Below, one piece after another: positions 17,862 to 27,841 of a DNA stretch of 64,000 bases (the first letter of the stretch is position 1; every line of letters begins with the position of its first letter). Below the pieces are notes generated by a model. That model was not told the DNA's origin and made no database searches. It was given only the letters and a program-made list of their open reading frames with translations. The translations under genes and the position numbers were made by a program. The stretch lies in assembly GCA_964629615.1 (NCBI GenBank), contig CAZVUD010000001.1, positions 89,795 through 153,794 of the forward strand, read 5' to 3'. This DNA is from an uncultured Clostridium sp. GTDB taxonomy: Bacteria; Bacillota; Clostridia; Oscillospirales; CAG-272.

Positions 17862-18758
17862 ATGAAGCTTACAAAAAAACAATTTGATATACTCGTATGC
17901 CTTGAAGGCAAAACAGTGGCTGTTTCACAGCGTGAGATAGCCACCGAAACAGGCATATCCGTCGGAAGCGTGAACAAGGCTGTCGGTGAGATGAACGAGC
18001 TTGGATACATATCTAACGGAATGATAACAGATGCAGGCAAGGAAGCACTTGAGCCGTACAGAGTCAAGCGCGCCGTATTCATGGCGGCAGGATTTGGCTC
18101 AAGACTCGTGCCCATCACCCTTAACACGCCAAAGCCGCTTGTCAGAGTCAAGGGCAAGAGGATAATAGATTCCCTACTCGATGCGGTAGTGGCTGCAGGC
18201 ATATCCGAAATATATATCGTACGCGGTTATTTGAGCGAGCAGTTCGACCAGCTTATCAAAAAATATCCGCAGATAGTTTTTATTGACAACCCCGTATACA
18301 ATGAGACCAACAACATTTCATCTGCATATTTCGCACGTCATCTTCTTTCGGGAAGCTACGTTTTTGAGGCAGATCTTCTTTTATACAATCCAAAGCTCAT
18401 AACAAAATATCAGTATTCCTCAAACTATCTCGGTGTTTACACCGAAAGGACCGAGGATTGGTGCTTTGAAGCCGATCAGAACGGCATCATAAAGAAGCTC
18501 TCGATAGGCGGATGCAACTGCTACCACATGTTCGGTATCTCTTATTGGACCGAGGAGGACGGATGCAAGCTTGCTTCCCACCTTGAGCATGTTTACAACG
18601 AGGTCCCCGGCGGCAAGGAAAGATATTGGGATCAGGTGACATTTGACTATCATTTGAGTGAATACAAGATCAGTGTACGCCCCTGCACATTTTCAGATAT
18701 CGTTGAGATAGATACCTTCAACGAGCTAAAGGCTATCGACTCAAATTATGCAATGTAA
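17862..18758 (+). CDS. wHTH + LicC-like nucleotidyltransferase (phosphocholine/phosphonate cytidylyltransferase-like)
   Basis: The N-terminal ~65 aa are HTH-like (VSQREIATETGISVGSVNKAVGEM). An NTP-transferase signature follows (FMAAGFGSRLVPITLNTPKPLV). The gene starts 3 nt after the permease stop. Confidence 0.65.
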   Translation: MKLTKKQFDILVCLEGKTVAVSQREIATETGISVGSVNKAVGEMNELGYISNGMITDAGKEALEPYRVKRAVFMAAGFGSRLVPITLNTPKPLVRVKGKRIIDSLLDAVVAAGISEIYIVRGYLSEQFDQLIKKYPQIVFIDNPVYNETNNISSAYFARHLLSGSYVFEADLLLYNPKLITKYQYSSNYLGVYTERTEDWCFEADQNGIIKKLSIGGCNCYHMFGISYWTEEDGCKLASHLEHVYNEVPGGKERYWDQVTFDYHLSEYKISVRPCTFSDIVEIDTFNELKAIDSNYAM

Positions 18759-18760
18759 AA

Positions 18761-18795
18761 AACACCTCCGAAAAGCAATGCTTTTCGGAGGTGTT
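18761..18795. terminator. Bidirectional rho-independent terminator
   Basis: aacacctccgaaaagc...gcttttcggaggtgtt, flanked by an A-run and a T-run, between convergent genes. Confidence 0.7.
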
Positions 18796-18799
18796 TTAT

Positions 18800-20455
18800 T
18801 TAGTTTTCAACAGAAATTACGTAATCGTATATAGGCTGTCCGCCGGGGAGCATTGCGACCTCGCATGCACCTCCGACCTTATTGGATATGATCTCTGCAG
18901 CCGCCTCAGCGTCTGCATCGCTGACATTCTCGCCGTAGAATACAGTTACAAATGAAGCGCCCGTCATACCTCGGGAGAGCTGCTTTATGCAAGCCTCCTT
19001 GGTATCAGTTACACATGCGATCTTGTTCTCAACAAGTCCGAGGAACTGACCCTTCTTTATATTAAAGCGATCTATCTGAGTATCTCTTACAGCATATGTG
19101 ACTGACATGGATGTCACCATCTCATATGCGTTTTTCATATCTCTTGTATTTTCCGATGCATCAGCCTCGGGATTGAATGCGATCATGGCGCTCATGCCCT
19201 GCGGAACTGACTCTGTCGGGAGAACTATCACCTTTCTCTCGGTAACTATCTCAGACGCCTGCTTTGCGACCATGCTTATATTCTTATTGTTCGGAAGGAT
19301 GTAAACATATTCCGAGGGAGTCTTAAGTACAGCGTCTATTATATCCTGTGTGCTGGGGTTCATGGTCTGTCCGCCCTCAATGAGAGTATCGACACCGATA
19401 TCGCGGAACATATTTCCAATGCCCTCACCCATGCAAACACTTACAAAGCCGTATTTCTTTTCTATCTTGATCTCTTTTTTCTCGTTGCCTTCCTTAGCCG
19501 CTCCGCCTGTAAGATTTGTATGCTGATTTCTCATGTTTTCAATCTTAACGGATGCAAGGCTTCCGAATTCGATGGCATGTGTAAGCACCGCGCCCGGGTC
19601 ATTTGTATGTATGTGGAGCTTGATGATGCTCTCATCATCAACAAACACGGCACTGTCGCCTATGCTCTTTATAAATTCATAAAGCTCGCCCGATGTATCC
19701 TCACCAAGGTACTTTTCATTTTTGTCAATGATGCATTCGGTGCAATATCCAAACTCAATGGATCCCGTGTCGAAATCCGAGAAATTTACGCCCTCGCTGA
19801 CAGTGGGAGCTGTGTTAGTAACAGCAGGTGACTCGATCGACTCAACAGGAGATCCCTCAAATGCAGATCTCATACCCTTGATAACAAGAGTAAATCCGTA
19901 TCCGCCTGCGTCTACAACGCCTGCCTGCTTGAGCACGGGGAGCATCTCGGGAGTCTTGTTCAATGTATCGACCGCGCTGTTTTCAACAGTCAGGAGCAAT
20001 TCTGACATGGAAATGTCGGGATTGGCATCAAATGCCTTTCTTGCATCCTCCGAGCACACTCTCATTACTGTGAGCATAGTTCCCTCTGTGGGCTTCATTA
20101 CTGCTCTGTAAGCCTCAACAGTACCTCTTTCAAGAGCCTTGACAAGATCTTCAGCTCCTGCCTCATCCATACCCTTGAGTGCCTTGCCTATTCCTCTGAA
20201 GAACAGAGAAAGTATCGCGCCCGAGTTACCTCTCGCGCTTCTGAGCATAAAGCCTGCAACCTTTTCGGCTACCTCGCCGACAGGCAATGAACCGTCAGCC
20301 TTTCCGACCGTGCTCATGGTAAGGCTCATATTAGTTCCCGTATCTCCGTCAGGCACGGGGAATACGTTGAGATTATTTGTATCTTCTTTGTTGTTACCGA
20401 GATTATTAGCTGCGGATATTATCATATCGCAATACAATTTTCCCGTAATAAGCAT
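18800..20455 (-). CDS. yloV: DAK2 domain fusion protein (YloV family)
   Basis: 551 aa. N-terminus NVFPVPDGDTGTNMSLT and the overall length are typical of YloV/DAK2-domain proteins. Confidence 0.8.
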   Translation of the reverse strand: MLITGKLYCDMIISAANNLGNNKEDTNNLNVFPVPDGDTGTNMSLTMSTVGKADGSLPVGEVAEKVAGFMLRSARGNSGAILSLFFRGIGKALKGMDEAGAEDLVKALERGTVEAYRAVMKPTEGTMLTVMRVCSEDARKAFDANPDISMSELLLTVENSAVDTLNKTPEMLPVLKQAGVVDAGGYGFTLVIKGMRSAFEGSPVESIESPAVTNTAPTVSEGVNFSDFDTGSIEFGYCTECIIDKNEKYLGEDTSGELYEFIKSIGDSAVFVDDESIIKLHIHTNDPGAVLTHAIEFGSLASVKIENMRNQHTNLTGGAAKEGNEKKEIKIEKKYGFVSVCMGEGIGNMFRDIGVDTLIEGGQTMNPSTQDIIDAVLKTPSEYVYILPNNKNISMVAKQASEIVTERKVIVLPTESVPQGMSAMIAFNPEADASENTRDMKNAYEMVTSMSVTYAVRDTQIDRFNIKKGQFLGLVENKIACVTDTKEACIKQLSRGMTGASFVTVFYGENVSDADAEAAAEIISNKVGGACEVAMLPGGQPIYDYVISVEN

Positions 20456-20511
20456 ATTAAACTCCGATCCGCCGCCACATGCGGCAAGTAATATTTGCCC
20501 TGAAGCCTTTT

Positions 20512-21375
20512 TTATCTCTCAGTTCCGAGATAGAAAAGAGCAAGCGTACCGGGACCAGAATGTGAGCCGATAACAGGACCTGTATAATCAATGAAAATAT
20601 CTGTGATTCCAAATTCCTCTGTCACCATATCCGCAAGAAGCTTTGCATCGTCATAGCAGTCGCCGTGACATATATATATGGTCTGGGATTTCGGGTCGAT
20701 AGCGTTCTCCTTCATTTTTTCAACGAGAGCTGCAATTGCCGCACGTCTTCCTCTTACCTTTGTAACATTGATGAGGCGACCCTCATTGTCAACATGCATA
20801 ACAGGCTTGAATGAAAGCATAGTGCCGACGATAGCGGTAGCAGCAGAGATGCGTCCGCCTCTCTTTAAGAAAAACAGATCGTCCACAGTGAACCAATGGC
20901 AAAGGTGGAGCTTGTTCTGCTCTACAAATTCTGCCACTTCATCAATAGTTGCGCCCTCTGCCTTTTTTCTGCATGCAAGAGTTACGAGAAGTCCCTGTCC
21001 GAGCGATGCGCAAAGAGTATCAACAGCGATTATCTTTCTGTCGGGATACTTTTCGGAAAGCTCTGATGCGGCATTCTTCCCTGACATGAATGTAGCAGAA
21101 AGTGCCGAGGAAAATCCGAGATACAGAACATCCTTGCCCGATGCAAGCTCGGACTCGAACGCCTCTGCAAATCTATCCATATTCGCCGCAGCAGTCTTAA
21201 TGCTCTGCTTCTGGCGCAAAAGAGCGTATACCTCCTTAGGATCGATCTCGTTATTAAGTATGCATCCCTTTTCCTCGATATTGAGTTCAAGCGGAACTAC
21301 CTTAAGTCCGAATTCCGCGATCTTATCAGTTGAAAGGTCGCATGACGAGTCGGTAAAAATTACATATTCAGTCAT
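20512..21375 (-). CDS. DegV family fatty-acid-binding protein
   Basis: Starts MTEYVIFTDSSCDLS... (DegV N-terminal hallmark) with a GGAGA RBS 7 nt upstream. I trimmed the start from 21387. Confidence 0.85.
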   Translation of the reverse strand: MTEYVIFTDSSCDLSTDKIAEFGLKVVPLELNIEEKGCILNNEIDPKEVYALLRQKQSIKTAAANMDRFAEAFESELASGKDVLYLGFSSALSATFMSGKNAASELSEKYPDRKIIAVDTLCASLGQGLLVTLACRKKAEGATIDEVAEFVEQNKLHLCHWFTVDDLFFLKRGGRISAATAIVGTMLSFKPVMHVDNEGRLINVTKVRGRRAAIAALVEKMKENAIDPKSQTIYICHGDCYDDAKLLADMVTEEFGITDIFIDYTGPVIGSHSGPGTLALFYLGTER

Positions 21376-21668
21376 AATGATCTCCATTCTTTATGGCAGA
21401 TGCATATTTGCAAATGCCGATATTTTTAAGATGAAAGTCCGCAAAAAGCATATAAAATGCGCTGTATTGCCCACCGCACATGTTGGTATTCACATTCCGT
21501 TCAAGGGCTGTTAACGCAGAATTGTATACTTGAACAACAATAAATGGCACACGGGCTTTATCCCTTATATCCTCAAATTATTATACATTATTTTGGGTGA
21601 TTTGTCAATATTTATTCGTCAATAATATTTTATTTTTGCGTCAATTAAGTATTTGGAGCACCTATTCA

Positions 21669-21697
21669 TTGACAAAACGGCATTAATATGTTAGAAT
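21669..21697 (+). promoter_or_regulatory. Candidate sigma-A promoter for topB
   Basis: TTGACA-17 nt-TAGAAT. Confidence 0.5.
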
Positions 21698-21732
21698 ATA
21701 TGTATATAAAAACAGCAAAGAAGACAGATGAA

Positions 21733-23871
21733 ATGACACTTATAATAGCAGAAAAGCCAAGCCTTGCACGAAATATCGTTGCGGGCATCGGACCTATGCA
21801 AAAGAAAAACGGATATTATGAAGGGTGCGGATATTTAGTCACATGGGCTTTCGGACACCTTTTTTCGCTGTGCGACATTGAGGATTACACAGGCATGAGC
21901 GGAAAATGGAGCATGGAGGGTCTTCCCTGCTTTCCCGAGGAATTCAAATTCAAGATGAAGCTGCAGGCAGACAAAAAGGTGGATGCAGGCGTTGAAAGGC
22001 AGTTTAATACCATAAAATATCTCTGCTGTCGCGACGATGTGGATACTATCGTAAATGCAGGCGACTCTGATCGCGAGGGTGAGATAATAGTGCGCATATG
22101 TGTGCAAAAGACAGGCGCGCTTGATATGGGAAAAAGCTTTTTGAGGCTTTGGCTCCCCGACCAGACTCCAGAGACCGTAAGAAGCGCACTGTCGGAAATG
22201 AAAAGTGAATGTGAATACGACCGCTTGGCAGACGAGGGATTTGCGCGCACATATATCGATTGGCTGTATGGTGTCAACCTCACACGCTATGCGACATTAA
22301 AGACAGGAACTCTTTTGCGTGTCGGCAGAGTTATCGTGCCTATAGTCAAGGCTATATATGACCGCGATATGGAAATAAGAAATTTCATACCCGACAAGTA
22401 TTACGGCATAGCCTCAAAGGAGCTGACAGACGGCGAGGAGATAGAACTCGTATCAAAGAAAAAATTTGAAAAAGAAAAGCTGTATCAGGCAAAAGAGGAA
22501 TGCGCAAGATACAATGCATGCGAAGCGCGTGTATCATCGGTAAAGACAAAAAAAGAGGTCGTAAATCCGCCAAAGCTCTTTTCCCTTTCAAAGCTGCAGA
22601 GCTTGCTTGGTAAAAAATACAAGATGTCCATGCAGGAAAGCCTTGCCACCGTGCAAAAGCTGTATGAGGACGGATATCTTACATATCCGCGTACCAACTC
22701 CGAATACCTTGCCACCGCCGAAAAGGAAAAGATCAAAAAGATAATTTCAAATATAAGGGGCATGGGATATCCGACGATATTCAAGGATAAAAAGACCATA
22801 TTTGACGACTCAAAGATAGAGAGCCACAGTGCGCTCACCCCGACATACAAGATACCGAGCAAGGACAAGCTGTCCGAGCGCGAGATGCAGGTATATCAGA
22901 CCGTTTTCCGCAGATTTGTTGCAGTATTTTGTGAGGAGGACTGCCTTGTAAGCAAAACAGAGATCACCATAGATGTGGGCGGGCTTGAGCAATTCACGCT
23001 CAAGGGCATTACCGTCCTGACAAGAGGATTTCTGAAATACGACGACAGCGACAAAAAAGACAAGATCCTGCCGCCACTGAAGCGCGGCGATCTTGTAAAC
23101 ATTGATTTCAAGCCCGTTGAGAAGCAGACCAGCCCACCGAGGCACTACACGATAGAAACGCTCAACAATTATCTGAAAAATCCATTCAGAAAAGACAAGG
23201 CTCAAAATCAAAAGACAGATGACAAGCCCACCGATGATCTCATAGGAAACGAGACCGACAGCGATGACGAGGAATACCGCGCTATATTTGAGGGTCTGGA
23301 GCTTGGCACGGAGGCTACGAGAACAGGCATCATTGACAACGCAAGGCGCTCTAAATACATAGATCTCAAAAAAGATGTGTACACGATACTGCCCGAGGGC
23401 GAATATCTGATAGAACAGCTCTCACGCATGGGCATATCCATGGACAAGTACAAAACAAGTGAGCTCGGTCAGGCGCTCAAAAAGGTATACCGCGGAGAGA
23501 TGGGGGTATACGACAGCGTTCATATGGCGCAAAATGAGATAAATGAAGTATTTTCATATACAAAGGCAGATATTGAAGACGACACCGACACGGGATTTTA
23601 CGGTGATGTCGTCGGCAAGTGCCCTATATGCAACAAGGATGTGGTCAAAGGAAAATACAGCTACGGCTGCCTTGGCTACCGTGAGGGATGTAATTTTAAG
23701 ATCAGCCTTTGCATTTGCAAGCGCAATATATCCATAGCAAATGCAAGAATGCTTTTAAGCGAGGGCAAAACATCGCAGATACGAAATTTCATTTCAAAAA
23801 ACGGCAAGCCCTTCTCTGCCTCTCTTGTTTTGCGTGACGGACGCGCGGAATTTGACTTTTCCGCAAAATAA
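21733..23871 (+). CDS. topB: DNA topoisomerase III
   Basis: MTLIIAEKPSLARNI (Toprim start), SDREGE, YLTYPRTNSEYL (active-site Tyr region) and C-terminal Cys-rich zinc ribbons (CPICNKDV...YGCLGYREGC). The start was chosen downstream of the predicted transcription start. Confidence 0.85.
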   Translation: MTLIIAEKPSLARNIVAGIGPMQKKNGYYEGCGYLVTWAFGHLFSLCDIEDYTGMSGKWSMEGLPCFPEEFKFKMKLQADKKVDAGVERQFNTIKYLCCRDDVDTIVNAGDSDREGEIIVRICVQKTGALDMGKSFLRLWLPDQTPETVRSALSEMKSECEYDRLADEGFARTYIDWLYGVNLTRYATLKTGTLLRVGRVIVPIVKAIYDRDMEIRNFIPDKYYGIASKELTDGEEIELVSKKKFEKEKLYQAKEECARYNACEARVSSVKTKKEVVNPPKLFSLSKLQSLLGKKYKMSMQESLATVQKLYEDGYLTYPRTNSEYLATAEKEKIKKIISNIRGMGYPTIFKDKKTIFDDSKIESHSALTPTYKIPSKDKLSEREMQVYQTVFRRFVAVFCEEDCLVSKTEITIDVGGLEQFTLKGITVLTRGFLKYDDSDKKDKILPPLKRGDLVNIDFKPVEKQTSPPRHYTIETLNNYLKNPFRKDKAQNQKTDDKPTDDLIGNETDSDDEEYRAIFEGLELGTEATRTGIIDNARRSKYIDLKKDVYTILPEGEYLIEQLSRMGISMDKYKTSELGQALKKVYRGEMGVYDSVHMAQNEINEVFSYTKADIEDDTDTGFYGDVVGKCPICNKDVVKGKYSYGCLGYREGCNFKISLCICKRNISIANARMLLSEGKTSQIRNFISKNGKPFSASLVLRDGRAEFDFSAK

Positions 23872-23888
23872 GCAAATGAAAAGCAGAT

Positions 23889-23930
23889 GAAGAATTCCCG
23901 ACAGATCAATCGATCTGTCGGGAATTCTTC
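23889..23930. terminator. Long perfect hairpin between convergent genes
   Basis: gaagaattcccgacagatc / gatctgtcgggaattcttc (19-bp stem, 4-nt loop). The U-tracts are weak on both sides. Confidence 0.5.
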
Positions 23931-23993
23931 AGTTTATATCCCTCTCTATATCGAAGGATATGCAAAATTAAGCTTTTAAGCGTTCCGAGCGAT

Positions 23994-25637
23994 CTATTCA
24001 GCAATGATCTCAACTATCTCTCTTATCTTGTCGTTTTCACTGCTTCTGTATACAACATTCATATGATCGCCAACATTTGTAAGTACAATGCTCTCAATAT
24101 CCGCAACGCGACATTTATATGTGTAGCCGTCGTCGCCGCTGATATAATAATAGGTATTGCCGTCTATAACTGCATCAGTTATTCTCGTTACATTAAACTC
24201 AGCCCTTGCATCATCGCTGTTGCCTATGTCCGGTCCATTGCCAATACCCTTATCCGACAAAAGCTTTTTATACGCCTTCATAACATCGCCGCGCGTAGAG
24301 CCCGTGGCAACGAGATTGACATTTTCAACATTTACAAGAGCATACAGCTTTACATATCCGCCGTCGTCCTTCAAGACCATGATATAGGTAGCTGTTCCCG
24401 ACACATTGATAAGCGACGGGAAGGACGCCTTGTATCCCATGTTCTGTACCTGACCCTCGGCTGATTTCATCGCACTATATTCCTCAGCGCCCACAACGGG
24501 ATAATACTTATATTCGCCCGTGCGCGCATTACTGATTATAAAACCGATATTGGACTCATCATTCGTTACAGAGGTAACGCCTGTAAAATACCACACATCG
24601 TCACCTATCACGATATATCCGTAATCGTCCGTGGTCTGCTTACAGCCCTTATTTCCAATAACTGAATTTATATATCCGCCCGAGAGCATGCCATGCCAAT
24701 TGTATTTTTCCTCGGCAAGATCGCCCGAAAATACCGCGTCTACCCAAGACGGCACATCGGACAGCGCATATATACTGCTGTCACCGCTTACGGGATCGAA
24801 TATGATGACTTCATTTACGTCCATAGCGCCGAAGAGTCCCGCATTTGCCGAAACACAGGATACGATATAATAGGGGTTGCCCTCCTCGTCTATCTCAAAG
24901 CTGATAAAATCAAATATCTTTGTCGGATGATCAAATCTGAGCTTTCTTATCAGATTTTCGCCAAAATATGCCGATTCGACATATTTTAAGGGCTTATCAA
25001 GGCTTACATATTCTCCGTCGTTCTCCACAGGGTCCACAAGAACATATCCGGGTATGCCGCTATCCTTATTATTGAGCCACTTGAAAAATCCTGCATATTC
25101 AAGATTTGACACCTTTTTGGGAGTTCCGCCGTAATTTATCTGCGTGTATCTTTCGCTCACCTCATACTGCGACACTACATCCGAAAGCTTACCGAGGGTC
25201 CTGTTGCCGAATATCTTGGCAGATTCACTGTCCATAAGTGCGATATTCGTGACATCGCTTGTTTCCTTCATATCCTCTTCAAACACAGCATCCTTGACTT
25301 CTATAACGCTTGCATATTTCTCTGCATTGAACATCTCAGATGAAGCAATTCCGCACAGTATAGCTATTGCCGCAGGTGCGATAACTATGATGGCAGGCAC
25401 CATATTCAGGCTTATGTTTGCAGAATTATTGGTCTTGCCATTCTTTTTAGTCTGAGCTTTTTTTGCTTTAAACAAAAACGGCGCAAGATAAAATGCAAAT
25501 GCCACCGTAAGGTATACCCAGAACAGAGGCGAATGAACATTTACGGGCGGAAGGATAAGATAATACAATCCTCCGCTTAAAAGCGTTCCGCCAACGACGG
25601 ATATAATGATCTTTGTGATCAAATTCTTTTTTTCCAT
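23994..25637 (-). CDS. Hypothetical membrane protein with large extracytoplasmic domain
   Basis: 547 aa with three N-terminal TM segments, then a ~440-aa domain of unrecognised family. It has its own promoter. Confidence 0.4.
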   Translation of the reverse strand: MEKKNLITKIIISVVGGTLLSGGLYYLILPPVNVHSPLFWVYLTVAFAFYLAPFLFKAKKAQTKKNGKTNNSANISLNMVPAIIVIAPAAIAILCGIASSEMFNAEKYASVIEVKDAVFEEDMKETSDVTNIALMDSESAKIFGNRTLGKLSDVVSQYEVSERYTQINYGGTPKKVSNLEYAGFFKWLNNKDSGIPGYVLVDPVENDGEYVSLDKPLKYVESAYFGENLIRKLRFDHPTKIFDFISFEIDEEGNPYYIVSCVSANAGLFGAMDVNEVIIFDPVSGDSSIYALSDVPSWVDAVFSGDLAEEKYNWHGMLSGGYINSVIGNKGCKQTTDDYGYIVIGDDVWYFTGVTSVTNDESNIGFIISNARTGEYKYYPVVGAEEYSAMKSAEGQVQNMGYKASFPSLINVSGTATYIMVLKDDGGYVKLYALVNVENVNLVATGSTRGDVMKAYKKLLSDKGIGNGPDIGNSDDARAEFNVTRITDAVIDGNTYYYISGDDGYTYKCRVADIESIVLTNVGDHMNVVYRSSENDKIREIVEIIAE

Positions 25638-25669
25638 ATATTATTACCTCCATATTTCATTTAACAATA

Positions 25670-25698
25670 TTTTACCATACAAAGAAAAAAATTGCAAC
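25670..25698 (-). promoter_or_regulatory. Candidate sigma-A promoter for 23994..25637
   Basis: The minus strand reads TTGCAA-17 nt-TAAAAT. Confidence 0.45.
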
Positions 25699-25722
25699 GC
25701 TTTTCTAATATAATTAGAAAAA

Positions 25723-25750
25723 ATCCCGTCGGGGCAAGCCCCGACGGGAT
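25723..25750 (-). terminator. Rho-independent terminator ending the capsid-module operon
   Basis: 12-bp GC-rich stem atcccgtcgggg/ccccgacgggat with a 4-nt loop, followed on the minus strand by TTTTTT. It lies 3 nt after the stop of 25754..26044. Confidence 0.75.
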
Positions 25751-25753
25751 TAG

Positions 25754-26044
25754 TTAAAGATTAAGATACTGTATTAAAAACGAAGCGATCGCGCCTGCTA
25801 TAACGCTTGCGGCATAGCTCACGGTTTTTATAAGTATCTCGGCAGGACGCCGCTCTATCCGCTTAAGGCGCCTGCGGCTCTCACTGCAGATGATCTCCTG
25901 ATTTTCAACCATAGGCTCAAGCTTTCGGGTGCATTTTTCAAGGTCCTCTATCTTGTCCTCGTGCCGCTCAAGCACCTCATTAGTTCTGCGGTGTCTTTCA
26001 TCACAAAGCTCTTTGTTGAATGATTCCATATTTTTCTCCTCCAT
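25754..26044 (-). CDS. XhlA-like (haemolysin XhlA family) small membrane protein
   Basis: 96 aa. The N-terminal coiled region with CDERHRRTNEVLERHEDKIEDLEK and the C-terminal TM (AASVIAGAIASFLIQYL) match the XhlA architecture. Confidence 0.4.
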   Translation of the reverse strand: MEEKNMESFNKELCDERHRRTNEVLERHEDKIEDLEKCTRKLEPMVENQEIICSESRRRLKRIERRPAEILIKTVSYAASVIAGAIASFLIQYLNL

Positions 26045-26088
26045 TTACGGTATCTGTGACGTCACATCCCGGAAGGACCTGCAAAATA

Positions 26089-26478
26089 TCAGATATTGTC
26101 TGCGCTCTCATCCAAAAACTTCTTTTGTTCAGCTTCAAGATACTGAGCTGTTTTCATATCCTGTATTTCAGACTGCTCAAGCACAAGGGCAAATTTGCGT
26201 CTGACCTTGACCCACTCACCGCGCTTTATCATACAGTTTTTTCCGTTTACAGCAACGTAAACATCATCCTTGTATCTGTCATTATCGCGGAAAAGCTTTA
26301 CGCTCACATATTCGTTAAGATAGTCCTCGTCCTTTGCGCGCTTCATAAGCGCATCGTCCGCCGCCTTTTTTTCCTTTTGTCTGAAATAGGCACATTCGGC
26401 TTCCTTTTTTGCAAGCTTTTCCTCGTATTCAGCCTTGAGCGCATTGAGCGCATCCTTATATTTCATATCGTTTTCCAT
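26089..26478 (-). CDS. Hypothetical phage-module protein
   Basis: 129-aa ORF immediately downstream of the capsid gene; charged and helical. I recognise no family. Confidence 0.3.
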   Translation of the reverse strand: MENDMKYKDALNALKAEYEEKLAKKEAECAYFRQKEKKAADDALMKRAKDEDYLNEYVSVKLFRDNDRYKDDVYVAVNGKNCMIKRGEWVKVRRKFALVLEQSEIQDMKTAQYLEAEQKKFLDESADNI

Positions 26479-26526
26479 AAGATCCTTCCTTTCGATGATC
26501 GGTTATTTATTTTTTATTGCATGCTG

Positions 26527-27819
26527 TCAGTCATTTGCGGATGAGGCAGTTTCTATTCTGATCATAAATGCCTCGCAAAGACGCATACTTACCTTATTTG
26601 CCTTCCAGCCGACAGTGGCTCTCTGATTTAAGGGATCGTTTGCGCCCGATGAGCCAAGCTGCTTTACTATATGCTCAAGTCCGCCGCCCTCTACCGATGT
26701 CGTGCCGTATGCATTGTCGCCAAATACGACAGTTGCATATACCTTGCATCCGTCCTTGCCTGCATCGGCAGGATATATGGGCGTGCCTGCAGGCGCGCTT
26801 ATATTAGCTTCATTCTCCTTGCTCTCATCGGTATATATGTACATTACCTGTGAGGAATTAGAGCCAACAAAGTATCTCTCTCCGTTTATAAATACCCACC
26901 TGTTTGCAAGAGTGTTGGTCTTTACATCAGACCTTGCCGTAAACTGGATGACATTGGAATTTGTCACCTGCGATGTAAGCGAGAGAGGATCCTTTGAAAG
27001 CGGAGTGGGCGTAAACACCTTTGCCTCGGTGCTTTCTATAAATCTTACGCCCTCGATCTTTCCTATCTCGCCTTCAAAAATATTGTCATTTGCCGCATAC
27101 TGATTGGGAAATTTCCAATTGGGATCGCTCATGAGATCATACGCGCAATCGGGGTGGATTATCGCAATGTATGAGCCATTTATCTTCTCGGCATTCTGAT
27201 TTTTTAAAAATCTGACCGCGCGTCTTATCGCATTTACGGTAAGATAGCAATTGTCCTTCTCGTCAGCCTGATTTCCAGCGACAAGATATCTTGCACTCAC
27301 CTGCCCTTCACCATACTGCACGTTAGTGCCACCGCAGACCACCTCGCGCGTGATCGCATCAAGCGTTCTGCCTGCCTGTGCGCCAAGCAGCTTCGTTGCC
27401 ATGACAAGATCGTTGTCTATGGCAGTCATAAGCAGCATATCGCTAAGCTCCACATATCCGCCGTACTGCGCAAGCGTAGCATTGACCACGCTCATGTCTA
27501 TCTTCTGACCTGTAGGTGTAACGCCCTCCTTGATCTCATCCGTCAAGGTGGGCAACGGATCGTACTTGCGAAACTGTATGGTCTTGCCGCTTCCGCGAGG
27601 TATCCTCACCTTCTGCGCAAATCTGTCAAATACCAGTGCAGGCTCTGCGTTATCTATAAGATAATCGCTGTAATAGGTCTTCATCTGCTCACTGAGCCCC
27701 ATTCCCTCCGCATAAGGTGTATTTACACCGCTCTGAGCGTCCGTCATACCTTCGGTGGTATGGACGTTTTCAGATGCACCGAAAAGCGAAAGGTCGATTT
27801 TTGTAGCTTTAATGTTCAT
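26527..27819 (-). CDS. Major capsid protein, N4-gp56 family-like
   Basis: 430 aa. The block FDRFAQKVRIPRGSGKTIQFRKYDPLPTLTDEIKEGVTPTGQKIDMSVVNATLAQYGGYVELSDMLLMTAID...GAQAGRTLD matches my recollection of N4-gp56-type major capsid proteins. Confidence 0.75.
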   Translation of the reverse strand: MNIKATKIDLSLFGASENVHTTEGMTDAQSGVNTPYAEGMGLSEQMKTYYSDYLIDNAEPALVFDRFAQKVRIPRGSGKTIQFRKYDPLPTLTDEIKEGVTPTGQKIDMSVVNATLAQYGGYVELSDMLLMTAIDNDLVMATKLLGAQAGRTLDAITREVVCGGTNVQYGEGQVSARYLVAGNQADEKDNCYLTVNAIRRAVRFLKNQNAEKINGSYIAIIHPDCAYDLMSDPNWKFPNQYAANDNIFEGEIGKIEGVRFIESTEAKVFTPTPLSKDPLSLTSQVTNSNVIQFTARSDVKTNTLANRWVFINGERYFVGSNSSQVMYIYTDESKENEANISAPAGTPIYPADAGKDGCKVYATVVFGDNAYGTTSVEGGGLEHIVKQLGSSGANDPLNQRATVGWKANKVSMRLCEAFMIRIETASSAND

Positions 27820-27841
27820 ATCTTACTCATTCTCCTGTAAT

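Noticed and set aside
20678-21514. A 278-aa plus-strand ORF.
   Set aside because: It lies entirely antisense to the well-supported DegV gene. Its Ser/Ala-rich composition is typical of a reverse-frame artefact.
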